64,000 bases of DNA from positions 512,001 through 576,000 of the forward strand of contig CAVQKE010000001.1 of the NCBI GenBank assembly GCA_963713045.1. The letters run 5' to 3'. Below the pieces are notes generated by a model. The model was not told the DNA's origin. It worked only from the letters and a program-made list of their open reading frames with translations, and did no database searches. This DNA comes from an uncultured delta proteobacterium. Lineage in GTDB: Bacteria > Myxococcota > Myxococcia > Myxococcales > Myxococcaceae. The position numbers were made by a program, and so were the translations under genes. This document shows positions 19,073 through 29,189 of the stretch, piece by piece. The stretch's first letter is position 1, and each line of letters starts with the position of its first letter.

Positions 19073-20104
19073 TCAGGCGCTCTGCTCACGGGCTTCGATG
19101 GTAATCGCCTCCGTGAAGGCCCGGTCCGCCGGACGCTGCTCGGTCACTGGAGCCGCAATCCCCCGAGTCCGTCGGCTGTAGAGACTCAGGGTGGGGTCGA
19201 AGATGAAGCGCAGCCAGAGCCTGGTCCAACTGGAGTGCGAATACAGGGGCTCGTACAACTCGGGCGCCATCGCCTTCACCTTGGGCAGTCGCGACCAGGG
19301 CACCATCATCAAGTCGTGGTGTTCATTGTGGTAGCCGACGTTGAAAGCCACGTGGTTGAGCGGCCCGTAATAGGAGAACGTCTCCTGGGGGCCAGGCGCC
19401 GTGAGGTAGTGCTCCTGAATCCAGCGCGCCCCCACCGGGTGAAGCCCAATGGCGAAGACGCTCGACAGGAAGAGGTAGACGAAGGAGCGCCAGCCGAAGG
19501 CCCCCAGCACCGCGGCAACGAAGGCCACTTGCACCGCGAGGTTTGCGACGTACCAGGCGTCCCAAATTTTGATGCGCTTCAGCCGGGGCACGCGCGCCGC
19601 CTGCCAGGCAAAAAAGGTGAGCAGCCAAAGCGCTTTGCGAATGGTGCCATTGCCCACCACCCGGGCTTCCAGCGGCCCGGCGAGGTCGGCGTCCAGGTCC
19701 GGGTCTCCTTGAAACCGGTGGTGAAGCAGGTGGTATTTCCGAAACGGGATGGCGGCCGGAAAAATGATGGGAAGCCCCGCAAAAATCTGAAGGAAGGCGT
19801 TGTCCCGGGCCCGGCGGAAGACGAGGTTGTGGGTCAGGTCATGAATCAACACCCAGAGCCCATGCACCACAAAGGCGCCCCCCAGCCATGCGGCCACCAC
19901 CAGAAGCCACAGCGGCTGGGCCCGGAGCAACCAAGCCGCAGCCCCTTGCACCCCCACCAAAAGGACCACCCAAAATGCAGTCCAGGGCTCGCGCCCAAAA
20001 AGCTGCCGAACCTCCGGGTGCGACCGCAGAAGCTGGCGGGTACGCTCCAGGTGCGGCTCTGGATAGCTGACTCTGTCGAAGGACAGGGGAGGATGGACCG
20101 TCAT
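19073..20104 (-). CDS. Membrane desaturase, sphingolipid Delta4-desaturase/C4-hydroxylase (DEGS-like)
   Basis: His boxes HDLTH, HLLHH and HNEHH. DEGS-type N-terminus EPHLERTRQLLRSHPEV, plus GLHPVGARWIQEH and ETFSYYGPLN. Confidence 0.85.
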   Translation of the reverse strand: MTVHPPLSFDRVSYPEPHLERTRQLLRSHPEVRQLFGREPWTAFWVVLLVGVQGAAAWLLRAQPLWLLVVAAWLGGAFVVHGLWVLIHDLTHNLVFRRARDNAFLQIFAGLPIIFPAAIPFRKYHLLHHRFQGDPDLDADLAGPLEARVVGNGTIRKALWLLTFFAWQAARVPRLKRIKIWDAWYVANLAVQVAFVAAVLGAFGWRSFVYLFLSSVFAIGLHPVGARWIQEHYLTAPGPQETFSYYGPLNHVAFNVGYHNEHHDLMMVPWSRLPKVKAMAPELYEPLYSHSSWTRLWLRFIFDPTLSLYSRRTRGIAAPVTEQRPADRAFTEAITIEAREQSA

Positions 20105-20173
20105 CGCTGCGTGCCTATATGCGAAACGCCGGAAAAAGACAGGCCCTCACCACGGCGCATACAAGGCCAGCCC

Positions 20174-20182
20174 ATGGTAGCA
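20174..20182 (-). promoter_or_regulatory. Candidate extended -10 (TGcTACCAT) for the desaturase
   Basis: The minus strand reads CTGCTACCATG, and the same 11-mer occurs on the minus strand at 63314-63324. Confidence 0.35.
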
Positions 20183-20289
20183 GAAAGGCCAGTGACTTCC
20201 GGAGGCTAGGGACACTGAGAAATCCGCCCAGGGAAGACTCGCCCCAGGGCCGAGCGCTTGAGGTCGGCCGCCTGCTCGGCGGCCTCTGC

Positions 20290-21288
20290 TTAAGTCTCCG
20301 CTTTCGGCGCACGGGTCATCAATTCGACGACGGCACGCTTCGGCTCCTTCCCCTCATACATGATGGCGTACACCTGAGCGCAGATGGGGAGCTCGACGCC
20401 TGTCTTGAGCGAGAGGTCTCGGGCGCTTTTCGCTGTCTTGACGCCTTCCGCCACCTGATTCATCTCGGCGAGAACGTCCTCGAGTGCGCGGCCTTTGCCC
20501 AATTCAACGCCGACGCGGCGGTTTCTGGAAAGCTCTCCGGTACAGGTCAGCACCAGGTCTCCCATTCCGGAGAGTCCGGCCAGAGTGAGCGGGTTTGCAC
20601 CTTGCCGAACGGCAATGCGGGTGATTTCGGCCAACCCCCGGGTGATGAGCGCTGCCCGGGCGTTGTCTCCGAAGCCCAGTCCGTCCGAGATGCCCGCAGC
20701 GATGGCGATGCAATTCTTGAGCGCTCCCCCCATCTCGACGCCCACCACGTCGGTCGAGGTGTATGCCCGAAAGCTCTCCGTCTGCAGCGTCTTTTGCACC
20801 CGCAGGGCCACTTTGTCCCAGTGGCTGGCGATGGTGACCACCGTCGGCATGCGCTGCGCCAGCTCCTTGGCGAAGGAGGGCCCAGAGAGGATGGCCAAGT
20901 AGGGGTGGACTTCCTCCGGAAGGCAGTCCTCCAGTAGCTGGGTCATCGTCATCAGCGAGCCATTCTCAATGCCCTTGCTCACGCAGACGAGAGGCACGTG
21001 CTGCGGAATCCACGGCAGCGTTCGCTTCATCACCTCCCGCGTCGCCTGGCTGGGGATGGCAAGCATCACCAACTCGGCACCGTCCAGTGCCTGAGAGAGG
21101 TCGCCGGTGGCTTGCACCCGCTCGCTCAACCGGATGCCAGGGAGGTAGCCCGGGTTTTCGTGTCGGGTGTTGATGGCCGACACCGCGTCGGCATCGCGTC
21201 CCCACATTCGGACTTGTGCGCAGTTGATGGCCAAGGTGTTGGCCAGCGCCGTTCCGAAGGAGCCCGAACCGAGCACCGCCGCACGCAT
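20290..21288 (-). CDS. gpsA: NAD(P)H-dependent glycerol-3-phosphate dehydrogenase
   Basis: GSGSFGTALA, SKGIE, SGPSFAKE, GGALKNCIAIAAG, GDLVLTC, SRNRRVG, AEGVKT. Confidence 0.96.
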   Translation of the reverse strand: MRAAVLGSGSFGTALANTLAINCAQVRMWGRDADAVSAINTRHENPGYLPGIRLSERVQATGDLSQALDGAELVMLAIPSQATREVMKRTLPWIPQHVPLVCVSKGIENGSLMTMTQLLEDCLPEEVHPYLAILSGPSFAKELAQRMPTVVTIASHWDKVALRVQKTLQTESFRAYTSTDVVGVEMGGALKNCIAIAAGISDGLGFGDNARAALITRGLAEITRIAVRQGANPLTLAGLSGMGDLVLTCTGELSRNRRVGVELGKGRALEDVLAEMNQVAEGVKTAKSARDLSLKTGVELPICAQVYAIMYEGKEPKRAVVELMTRAPKAET

Positions 21289-21440
21289 CGATGGCCCTCC
21301 TGGCCAGACTCACCGGGCCCGAAGCCAACTGCCGGCCTGTCCCTCAATGTAGCGCCTCGGCCACCACTCCGACAGAGGCAGGGGCGCCCCTTCACAGGAA
21401 ACCCTCCCCCCCCCGGGGCTTGCACTGCGAGGACGGGGCG

Positions 21441-22982
21441 GTGAAAACAGTGACCGCCACCGTGCCATCACCGACTTACGACATCCTGAGCTTTCGGCGG
21501 ACCTTCGCCTTGTTGATGGTGTTGGTTGCTCTGCCCTCAGCCGGTCTCACCGGCCTGGGCGTGGTTGCCATTCTCAACGAACGAGCAGCGGTGGAGCAAC
21601 GACTGGGGGCGGTGTGGCGCAGCCGACTCGAGCTGCTCGCCGTGCAGCTCCGCCAAACCCTCGAGGCCTCGACGGTCAGCGCTGGGGCAGATGGCGGATT
21701 GGAGGTGCGTGCGCCGTCCGGCCGCAAGCTGTCGGACGAGGGCTTTCAGCTGCAGGGCGACGTGGTGCAGGCAGCCAACAGCGATTTGGCAGCGGCGCTG
21801 ACCCCGCTGCGCAGCCAGCTGGCCTTCCTTCCCAATCGGCCTTCCTTTCTCTCCGTCACCGGGCCGGAGCGCCCCTTCCTCATCATCGCCGAGCGCACGA
21901 CGTCGGGCGTCGTCGGCGCTCGCCTCGACGAGGGCCAACTCGGCGTGCTTCTGGATGAGGCTGGGCGGGAGCTGCTCGGCCGGGACGAGGCGGTGCACTT
22001 CGAGCTGGTGCCCATCAAGCGGGATGTTCCCCCGCCCGGCCTGGTGGGGCGCCTCATCTCGGGAGTGGCCACCGCGCGCACGGCGTTGACGCCCACGCCG
22101 GTGGCCAGCCGGCCGCTCTCGCCGCCGTTCCAGGAGTTCCAAATTCAGGTCGTCCCCCAGTCCGGGGACCCGGTGGCCGCGGCCTCGATGCGGAACCGAC
22201 TGGTCTACGGGCTGCTGCTTGGGATTTTCTATGTCACCTTTGTGGTGGGCGTCGTCTACACCGCGCGCGCGCTCTACCTGCATGCCCAGCTGTCGCGATT
22301 GAAGACTGACTTCGTGAGCCTGGTGAGCCACGAGCTCCGAACGCCGCTCACCTCCATCCGCATGTTCATCGACACCCTCGCGCTCGGCCGAGTGAAGGAC
22401 GAGGGGCAGACTCAAGAAGTGCTCGGCCTTTTGAAACGCGAGACGGAGCGGTTGTCGGCGATGATTGAGGCCGTGCTCGACTGGTCCCGTCTGGAGAGTG
22501 GGCGTCAGCGCTTCAAGCGGGAGCGGCTCGATGTCCGCCAGGTGGTGGAGGCTTCGTTGGAAGCCTTCCGCGCCCAGCGGCTGGAGGCCACCGTGGCGCT
22601 GTCCACCGAGCTGCCGGAGGACTTACCTGCCATCGAGGGCGACCGCGAGGCCTTGGCCGGGGCCCTCTTGAACCTCTTGCACAACGCCTACAAGTACAGC
22701 GGCGTGGACAAGCGAATCGCTCTGCGCGCGCATGGCGAGAAAAACGGTGTGGCCATCGAGGTCGAAGACCACGGGGTCGGCATCCCGAAGCGGGACCGCA
22801 AGCGCGTTTTCGACCGCTTCTACCGCGTGGACAACCTGCTCACCCGCGACACCGAAGGTTCGGGGCTGGGGCTGTCCATCTCTCGGCGCATTGTCGAGGC
22901 CCACGGCGGTTCGCTGACCTTGGTCAGTGAATTGGGCCAAGGCAGTACCTTCACCCTTCATCTGCCCACGGCGCGCGCATGA
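21441..22982 (+). CDS. Membrane sensor histidine kinase (HisKA + HATPase)
   Basis: Two TM segments, H-box VSHELRTPLTSI, N-box NLLHNAYKYS, DHGVGI, GSGLGLSI. Start uncertain. Confidence 0.92.
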   Translation: MKTVTATVPSPTYDILSFRRTFALLMVLVALPSAGLTGLGVVAILNERAAVEQRLGAVWRSRLELLAVQLRQTLEASTVSAGADGGLEVRAPSGRKLSDEGFQLQGDVVQAANSDLAAALTPLRSQLAFLPNRPSFLSVTGPERPFLIIAERTTSGVVGARLDEGQLGVLLDEAGRELLGRDEAVHFELVPIKRDVPPPGLVGRLISGVATARTALTPTPVASRPLSPPFQEFQIQVVPQSGDPVAAASMRNRLVYGLLLGIFYVTFVVGVVYTARALYLHAQLSRLKTDFVSLVSHELRTPLTSIRMFIDTLALGRVKDEGQTQEVLGLLKRETERLSAMIEAVLDWSRLESGRQRFKRERLDVRQVVEASLEAFRAQRLEATVALSTELPEDLPAIEGDREALAGALLNLLHNAYKYSGVDKRIALRAHGEKNGVAIEVEDHGVGIPKRDRKRVFDRFYRVDNLLTRDTEGSGLGLSISRRIVEAHGGSLTLVSELGQGSTFTLHLPTARA

Positions 22983-23683
22983 GCACCGACGCTGGTCGCA
23001 TCCTCGTCATCGAAGACGACCTCTCCATCCTGACCGGCGTCTCGATGAACCTTCGCTTCGAGGGCTACGAGGTGCTCCAGGCGCAGGACGGCCCCCAGGG
23101 ACTTGAGCTCGCCTTCGAGCAGGCGCCGGACCTGGTCATCCTGGACATCATGCTGCCGCGGATGAATGGCTACGAAGTGCTGACCGAACTCCGCCGACGC
23201 GGCCAGCGGGTTCCGGTGCTTTTGCTCTCGGCGCGCGGGATGGAACGGGACAAAGTCCGCGGGCTGGACCTCGGCGCCGACGACTACGTCGCCAAACCCT
23301 TCGGCGTGGCGGAGCTGCTGGCACGGGTGAAGGCGCTGCTTCGGCGCCGCTACGGTGAGGAAGGCACCGTCATCCGCTTCGGCGATGTGCGGGTGGAACT
23401 GGACGAAAAGCGGGTGTTGCGCGCCGGGAAGCCGCTCGAGTTAACCGCTCAGGAATTTCGGCTGCTGGTCCACCTGCTGTCGCAGCCGGGCCGAATCTTC
23501 TCTCGGGAGGAGCTGCTCTCCGGGGCCTGGGGCCTCGAATACGAGGGCACACCCCGCACGGTGGATACCTTCATTCGCCAGCTGAGGGCGAAGCTGGAGC
23601 CGGACCCCGACCAACCGCGCTATTTCGTCACCGCGCGTGGGCTCGGCTACCGCTTCGAGTCCGACTCGGCGCCGGCGCCCTAG
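22979..23683 (+). CDS. OmpR/PhoB-family response regulator
   Basis: IEDD, LDIMLP, GADDYVAKPF, winged helix RTVDTFIRQLRAKLE, GLGYRF. ATGA overlap with the kinase. Confidence 0.95.
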   Translation: MSTDAGRILVIEDDLSILTGVSMNLRFEGYEVLQAQDGPQGLELAFEQAPDLVILDIMLPRMNGYEVLTELRRRGQRVPVLLLSARGMERDKVRGLDLGADDYVAKPFGVAELLARVKALLRRRYGEEGTVIRFGDVRVELDEKRVLRAGKPLELTAQEFRLLVHLLSQPGRIFSREELLSGAWGLEYEGTPRTVDTFIRQLRAKLEPDPDQPRYFVTARGLGYRFESDSAPAP

Positions 23684-24189
23684 ACGGTTTCCACCACCTT
23701 CTTCAGCCAGCGGACGAAGGCCTCGGGCGACAGGAAGGTGAGGTCGAGGTCCCCGACGCGGAGGCGATGGGCGCTGCCAAGCGGCGTTGGAACATTGGGC
23801 TTGAGCGGCAGGCCGTCCCACTGCGTCCCGTTTCGACTGGACGCGTCTGCCACTGCCCAGCGAGTGGAGGTCGACTCCTTCTGAAAGTAAGCGTGGAAGC
23901 GGCTGATGCTCTTATGGGGAAGCACCACGTCGTTCACCGATGCTCGGCCGAGTGAGATGCCCGCCTCGAAGGGGTTCGGCCGGTCCTCCGCCTTTCGCAA
24001 GAGAAACACCACCGGGTTGTCCGCGGTGGGGACTTGCAAGGGGGGGTGGCTCCAGTCTTCAGCAAACAGGCCGGCCTCCCACACCAGAACCGGTGTGGTG
24101 ACCGCCTGCGCCAGTGCCTGCTCGCCATCAATGTAGCGGCGCACGTATTCGGTGAAGGGGGCGATGGCCGGCAGCTCCACAGTCGGCAA
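23680..24189 (-). CDS. FHA-domain protein
   Basis: LGRASVNDVVL..SISRFHA..D.SSRNGT, the FHA GR/SxxH/NG signature. Confidence 0.85.
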   Translation of the reverse strand: MPTVELPAIAPFTEYVRRYIDGEQALAQAVTTPVLVWEAGLFAEDWSHPPLQVPTADNPVVFLLRKAEDRPNPFEAGISLGRASVNDVVLPHKSISRFHAYFQKESTSTRWAVADASSRNGTQWDGLPLKPNVPTPLGSAHRLRVGDLDLTFLSPEAFVRWLKKVVETV

Positions 24190-24250
24190 AGCATCGGCCA
24201 GCCCTGAAGGGGCTTCAAGTTCCCGCTCAGGCGACCTAAGACCACGATGT

Positions 24251-24472
24251 ATGTACCGGCGCTACACCATCCATCGGGACGGCGACTTGTTGGTGGAGGA
24301 GCTCGACCCCTCCGGGAAGCCGATGGAGCCCGAGCCTGTCCCGGCCGAGGAGCGGCTTCCAGTGGAAGTCACCGTGTTGGCAGCGGACACCCTCGACGCC
24401 AAGGCGCAGCTGTTGGACTTGCTCGAGCTCGCCTTCGAGATGGAGTCCGGCCCCGAGGAAAAGCCCCGCTGA
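24251..24472 (+). CDS. Small acidic hypothetical protein
   Basis: 73-aa ORF MYRRYTIHRDG... with GC3-biased codons, filling an intergenic gap. Confidence 0.55.
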   Translation: MYRRYTIHRDGDLLVEELDPSGKPMEPEPVPAEERLPVEVTVLAADTLDAKAQLLDLLELAFEMESGPEEKPR

Positions 24473-24637
24473 GCCCCATTTGTTGCGCCGTCGCCTTGCA
24501 GCCGTCAGCGAATTCGTCAAGCCTTGCGGGTGTGCGGCGCCCGGCGTCGCACGCCCCGGGGCGCGCCTCGGCCTGGAGCCGGTGCCGCTCGGGGCGAGGC
24601 TGGCTGGGAGGCCGCAGCCCGCCGGGCGGCACGTTTT

Positions 24638-25342
24638 CTACTGGCGCAGGTGGGCGACCACCAGCATCACCGCGTCGCCTGCCTTCCAGGCGCGCCCTTC
24701 GAAGGCACCGTCTCGGGTGTGCGCTTGCAGCCCGGCCGCGGCGAGTGCCGCATCGACTTCCCAAGCGGTGAAGGGCCGCAGAAGAAGGCGGCGGATGCCG
24801 GTGTCTGCGTTTGCGCCACGACGGGTCTCTCGAAGGTGGGGCGTGAAGACGGTCCGCTCTGAGGCCACCGCGTCGTGTGGCCCTTCCTCCTCCAGGGCCA
24901 GGTAGCGCGGAGGGGGAAGGGCCAGGTCAAAGACGAAAGGCGCTTCAGGGCCGAGGTGTGCCGCCGCGGAGGCGAAGAGAGCTTCCAAATCGGCCCGGCT
25001 GGCCATCAGTGCAACCGCATTCTGCGGGGCAAACACCGCCCCAAAGCGCCGCGGCAGCCGAAGAGAGCGCAGGTCCGCCCGCATCAACTGCCACCTTCCC
25101 TGCGCCTCTGGAGAAAGCTCGCTCCGGGCTTCCTCCGCTCGCGCCACCATGCGGAGGCTGGGGTCGACGGCTGTGACTTGGGCGCCGCGCTTCACCAAGG
25201 CTCGCACCACCCGCCCATCGGCGCTTCCGAGGACCAGGACTTCGCCCGAGGCCGGAGGCAAGTGCTCGGCGTAACGGCCGACATCGGCATCCACGTCGCT
25301 CACCAGCGACAACACCCTTCGGCGGCCTTCTCCGCGTTTCAT
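24638..25342 (-). CDS. Class I SAM-dependent methyltransferase-like protein
   Basis: VLVLGSADGR (degenerate motif I), AVDPS..M, ADLRSL, F.AVF.P.N. Confidence 0.72.
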   Translation of the reverse strand: MKRGEGRRRVLSLVSDVDADVGRYAEHLPPASGEVLVLGSADGRVVRALVKRGAQVTAVDPSLRMVARAEEARSELSPEAQGRWQLMRADLRSLRLPRRFGAVFAPQNAVALMASRADLEALFASAAAHLGPEAPFVFDLALPPPRYLALEEEGPHDAVASERTVFTPHLRETRRGANADTGIRRLLLRPFTAWEVDAALAAAGLQAHTRDGAFEGRAWKAGDAVMLVVAHLRQ

Positions 25343-25474
25343 GGAAGCTTCCTCGCGCCCGGGTCCCTAGCACGCTCTTGGCCGCCAGGTGGAGCCGACG
25401 TGGGAGAGACTCTCACCCTCTGGAAGCCGTGGCGGTCGGCGTGAGAGCCCGTAGAATGTGGAGTCGACCCCCCA

Positions 25475-26845
25475 ATGAGCACCACCGCACCGAACCCCAC
25501 CATCCCGGCGCACACCGTCCTTGGGAGCCGGTCTGCCGTTGGGGAACGACTGGGATTTCAAGATTTTCACCTGGTGCTGGTGAACACCGAGCAGGCCGGG
25601 CAGTCCTTTCCGTTGCGGACCGAGACGTTGAAAATCGGCAAAGCCCCGGACAGCGATGTCGTCATCGACTCGCCCACGGTGAGCCGAAACCACCTCATCA
25701 TTCGCCGCCAGGGCGACCGCTTTCTCGTCCAGGACTTGGCCTCCACCAACGGCACCTTCATCGACGGCGCCCAAGTGCGGGAGGCCTACCTCAAGCCAGG
25801 TCAGCTGCTGGAGTTGGGCGACGTGCAGCTTCGGTTCCAATCCACATTGCAGCCGGTGCGCATCGCCCCCATCAGCGAGGACCGTCTGGGAGAGCTGGTC
25901 GGGAAAAGCCTGCCGATGCGCCAGATTTTTGCCCTCCTCAAACGGATTGCCCCCACCGACTCGACACTGCTGTTGGTGGGGGAGACGGGGAGCGGCAAGG
26001 GGGTGGTGGCCAAAGGCGTCCACCAACTCAGCCCGCGAAAGGCCGGACCGCTGGTCATCTTCGACTGCGCCGCAGTCAGCGACAGTCTCATCGAGAGCGA
26101 ATTGTTCGGCCATGAGAAGGGCGCCTTCACGGGCGCGGTGGCTCAGCGCGTCGGGTGCCTGGAGCGCGCCAACAACGGGACCCTGTTTCTCGATGAAATC
26201 GACGACCTGGGGATGGACCTCCAGCCCAAGCTGCTGCGCGCCATCGAAGACCGCGAGTTCCGTCGGCTTGGAGCTTCGGGCACGCCAGTGGCCTTCGATG
26301 CCCGCATCGTCGCTGCCAGCAAGAAGGACCTGTGGGCGGAAACGCAGGCTGGCCGCTTTCGCGAGGACCTGTACTTCCGGCTGTCGGTCTTCACCGTCAC
26401 ACTCCCGCCGCTGCGCGACCGCAAAGAGGACATCCCGCTCCTCGTCGACGCCTTCGCCGGAGAGTCGCTTTGGGAGAGGCTCCCGCAGGGCGTGCGAGAC
26501 CAATTCACCGCCCACACCTGGCCGGGCAACGTCCGGGAATTGCGCAACGCCCTGGAACGCGCTCGGCACATGGTGGAGATGCCGGAGCTCACCTCCAGCT
26601 CGCTGCTGCGCGAATTCGCCCAGCCGCCACCGGCCAACGCTGACAGCCTTCCCGCCGGCTATACCGGTCCCTTCAAGGAGTCCAAAGAGGAGTTGGTCCG
26701 AGCCTTCGAGCGGGAATACCTGACGCGACTGCTGGCCCGAGCCAAAGGCAACGTCGCCAAAGCGGCGCGCGAAGCCGAGCTCGACCGCAAGCACCTTTAC
26801 TCCCTCCTTCACAAGTACGGCCTGGTCCAGTCCGACTCAGAATGA
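25475..26845 (+). CDS. FHA-domain sigma54-dependent enhancer-binding protein
   Basis: FHA (IGK..VSRNH..STNGT), GETGSGK, ESELFGHEKGAFTGA, LFLDEI, FREDLYFRL, WPGNVRELRN, Fis-type HTH. Confidence 0.95.
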   Translation: MSTTAPNPTIPAHTVLGSRSAVGERLGFQDFHLVLVNTEQAGQSFPLRTETLKIGKAPDSDVVIDSPTVSRNHLIIRRQGDRFLVQDLASTNGTFIDGAQVREAYLKPGQLLELGDVQLRFQSTLQPVRIAPISEDRLGELVGKSLPMRQIFALLKRIAPTDSTLLLVGETGSGKGVVAKGVHQLSPRKAGPLVIFDCAAVSDSLIESELFGHEKGAFTGAVAQRVGCLERANNGTLFLDEIDDLGMDLQPKLLRAIEDREFRRLGASGTPVAFDARIVAASKKDLWAETQAGRFREDLYFRLSVFTVTLPPLRDRKEDIPLLVDAFAGESLWERLPQGVRDQFTAHTWPGNVRELRNALERARHMVEMPELTSSSLLREFAQPPPANADSLPAGYTGPFKESKEELVRAFEREYLTRLLARAKGNVAKAAREAELDRKHLYSLLHKYGLVQSDSE

Positions 26846-29103
26846 AGTGGCAGCGCTCGACACTGCTTGCCGCCGTCGTCGCGGTCGCTGTCCTCGGCGC
26901 TGCTGAGTTCTACCTGCACCGGCGCGGACCCGGCCCCGAGCTGCGCGACGTTGGTCCTCGGCAAGTGAGTAACCAGACGTCCCAGCCGCTCGCCCTGGTG
27001 GGTGACCACTTTTACCAGGGGATGACGTTGTCCTTGGGACCGCCTTTCTCAAGGACGCTTCCGGTGACCGTGCTGGACGAGCGCCACGCCTACGCCCGTC
27101 TGCCGGGGGACCTCCTCCTCCCCCCGGCGACGGTGGAAGTGGACGTGCACCTCGAGCTGTCGTCGCAGAGGCGCGGAGCCGCGCAGGTTTTGCTGCACCT
27201 CATCAATGACCGCGGTTTTCCGGACCTCACCTCCTTGGCAGCGACGCCGGATGGGACGCGGGTCTGGGCAGCCTCCTCCACCACCGACGAGTTGGTGGGC
27301 GTGGACCCGGCGGCTGGCTCGGTCGTCATCGTCCCCGGAGGGGACGGGCCATCGGCACTCGCCACCTGGGCTGCCGCGGGCCAGCAGTGGCTGGCCGTGG
27401 CACATGCCTTCCTTCCGGAGCTTTGGCTGTGCGACGGACGGACGGGTGCGCGCCTTCGGTCGCTGGCCGCCCCGGCGTACGCCACCGGCGTGGTGGTCGA
27501 CGCGGCCCGTGGGCTCGCGCTGGTCAGCGAGCACGCCACCGACAGCGTCGTCGCGCTGTCACTGGCAGATGGCACCGTCCGCTGGCGCGCTCAAGTTGCC
27601 CCCAACCCCAAGGCGCTTGCCCTGGCGGGCGACGTGCTGGTGGTGGGCAGCCAGCAGTCGGGAGAACTCCAGGCCGTGTCCCTTGGCACGGGCACCGTGG
27701 CCCCAGCCATTGCTCCAGGCCCAGGGACCCCCATTGTCGGCGGCCATACGGAGGCTTTTTCCCAATACATCATGGGAGGCAAAGCGCCTCGCGGCCTTGC
27801 GTGGTCGCCCAGACTGCAGCGCCTCTACGTGACGTCCATTGGACCGAACATCGGCCCCAACCCGCAGCGGATGGAAGTCTCGATGAATGGCGGCGTCGGG
27901 GTGGTGGACGTCGCCAAAGGCGTCTTTGAGCGGCACCTCGGCTTTGGCTGGGGCATCCCCCAGGGCCTCGCACTCGACGATGCACGCGGCGTGCTTTACG
28001 TCGCCGACATTGGCACCGGGCTGGTTCGTGGACTGGACGCCATCGCCCTCAGCCGAGACGACGCTTCGGCCCGAGCAGCTGCACTCTTTAGCGTTGCGGT
28101 GCCACCCCCGGTGGGCTTCCCCACCGCACGGCCGGCGGAGGACTACTCCATTCAAGGCCGAGCAGGAGTGGAACTGCATTCCGGACCACAGGCACTGGCG
28201 CTTTCGCCGGACGGCGCCACGTTGTGGGTGCTCGACCGCTTTACCGGGACACTGGCCGAGTTGGACGTCGCCGGCGCGCGTCAAGGCAAGGCCAGCCTGC
28301 GCCGGCAACTCACCCTGCTCGACGTGCGGGCGCAGGGCGAGCGACGGCTCGGCCAAGTCCTCTACTTCACGGACATGGGCCACTCGGCGATGTCCTGCGA
28401 TGCCTGTCACCTGGAGGGCCACGACGAAGGCGTCCTCTTCGAGAAGACGCGGCCGTTGCGCATCTACCGAAGCCCAACCGTCCGCGGCGCCCGCGAGACG
28501 CCGCCCTACTTCACGCCGGCCAGCACCTTTAGTCTGGAACAGACGGTCATCACCGTCGGGAACCGAAACCGTTACTTCAACCCGCGTCTCACCGCAGACG
28601 AGGTCCGGCGTCTGGCGCTGTTCACCCGCAGTTTATCCCTCCTCCCCAACCCCTTCGTCGGCCAGGACGGCGCGCCTCCCCGCGAGGTCGAGCTTCCGGA
28701 CGGGCGCCGCGGCGATGCGCGCACGGGACTCGCTCTCTTCGAGGGGAAGACGGGGTGCGCAGGTTGCCACCCTGCTCCCTATTTCACCCTTGACCAGACG
28801 GTCCGCACCCGCGGTCAATACCTCGACGTCCCGACGCCCCATCTGTTCCCGCTGCGTCCGGAGATGCAGGACGGCACGTACGTCGGAATGGCGGCGCCCG
28901 CACTGATTGGAGCTTGGGACGTTTTCCCGATGCTCAGCACCGGAGCCGCAGGGCTCCGCGCAGATGCAGTTGGAAAATTACATGTCAGCAACCGCTTCGT
29001 GCTGCGCGACGTCTTGGAAAACTACAAACACTCACCCGCGCCCAACGTCGAACTGACAGCAAGCGAGCGTGACGACCTCCTTGCCTACTTGATGACGCTG
29101 TAG
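26842..29103 (+). CDS. mtsA: MtsA-like membrane-anchored beta-propeller plus diheme c-type cytochrome
   Basis: N-terminal TM, YVTN-like blades, CDACH (28396-28410) and CAGCH (28756-28770), terminal DLLAYLMTL. First gene of an mts-like cluster. Confidence 0.75.
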   Translation: MKWQRSTLLAAVVAVAVLGAAEFYLHRRGPGPELRDVGPRQVSNQTSQPLALVGDHFYQGMTLSLGPPFSRTLPVTVLDERHAYARLPGDLLLPPATVEVDVHLELSSQRRGAAQVLLHLINDRGFPDLTSLAATPDGTRVWAASSTTDELVGVDPAAGSVVIVPGGDGPSALATWAAAGQQWLAVAHAFLPELWLCDGRTGARLRSLAAPAYATGVVVDAARGLALVSEHATDSVVALSLADGTVRWRAQVAPNPKALALAGDVLVVGSQQSGELQAVSLGTGTVAPAIAPGPGTPIVGGHTEAFSQYIMGGKAPRGLAWSPRLQRLYVTSIGPNIGPNPQRMEVSMNGGVGVVDVAKGVFERHLGFGWGIPQGLALDDARGVLYVADIGTGLVRGLDAIALSRDDASARAAALFSVAVPPPVGFPTARPAEDYSIQGRAGVELHSGPQALALSPDGATLWVLDRFTGTLAELDVAGARQGKASLRRQLTLLDVRAQGERRLGQVLYFTDMGHSAMSCDACHLEGHDEGVLFEKTRPLRIYRSPTVRGARETPPYFTPASTFSLEQTVITVGNRNRYFNPRLTADEVRRLALFTRSLSLLPNPFVGQDGAPPREVELPDGRRGDARTGLALFEGKTGCAGCHPAPYFTLDQTVRTRGQYLDVPTPHLFPLRPEMQDGTYVGMAAPALIGAWDVFPMLSTGAAGLRADAVGKLHVSNRFVLRDVLENYKHSPAPNVELTASERDDLLAYLMTL

Positions 29104-29189
29104 ACTCGTGCGATGTCCGCGCGCCTTCGCGCCGCTGGCTTGAGCGAGTCGGTGAGGCGGACGGAGGAAGAGCAAAGGCCCTGAAAACG

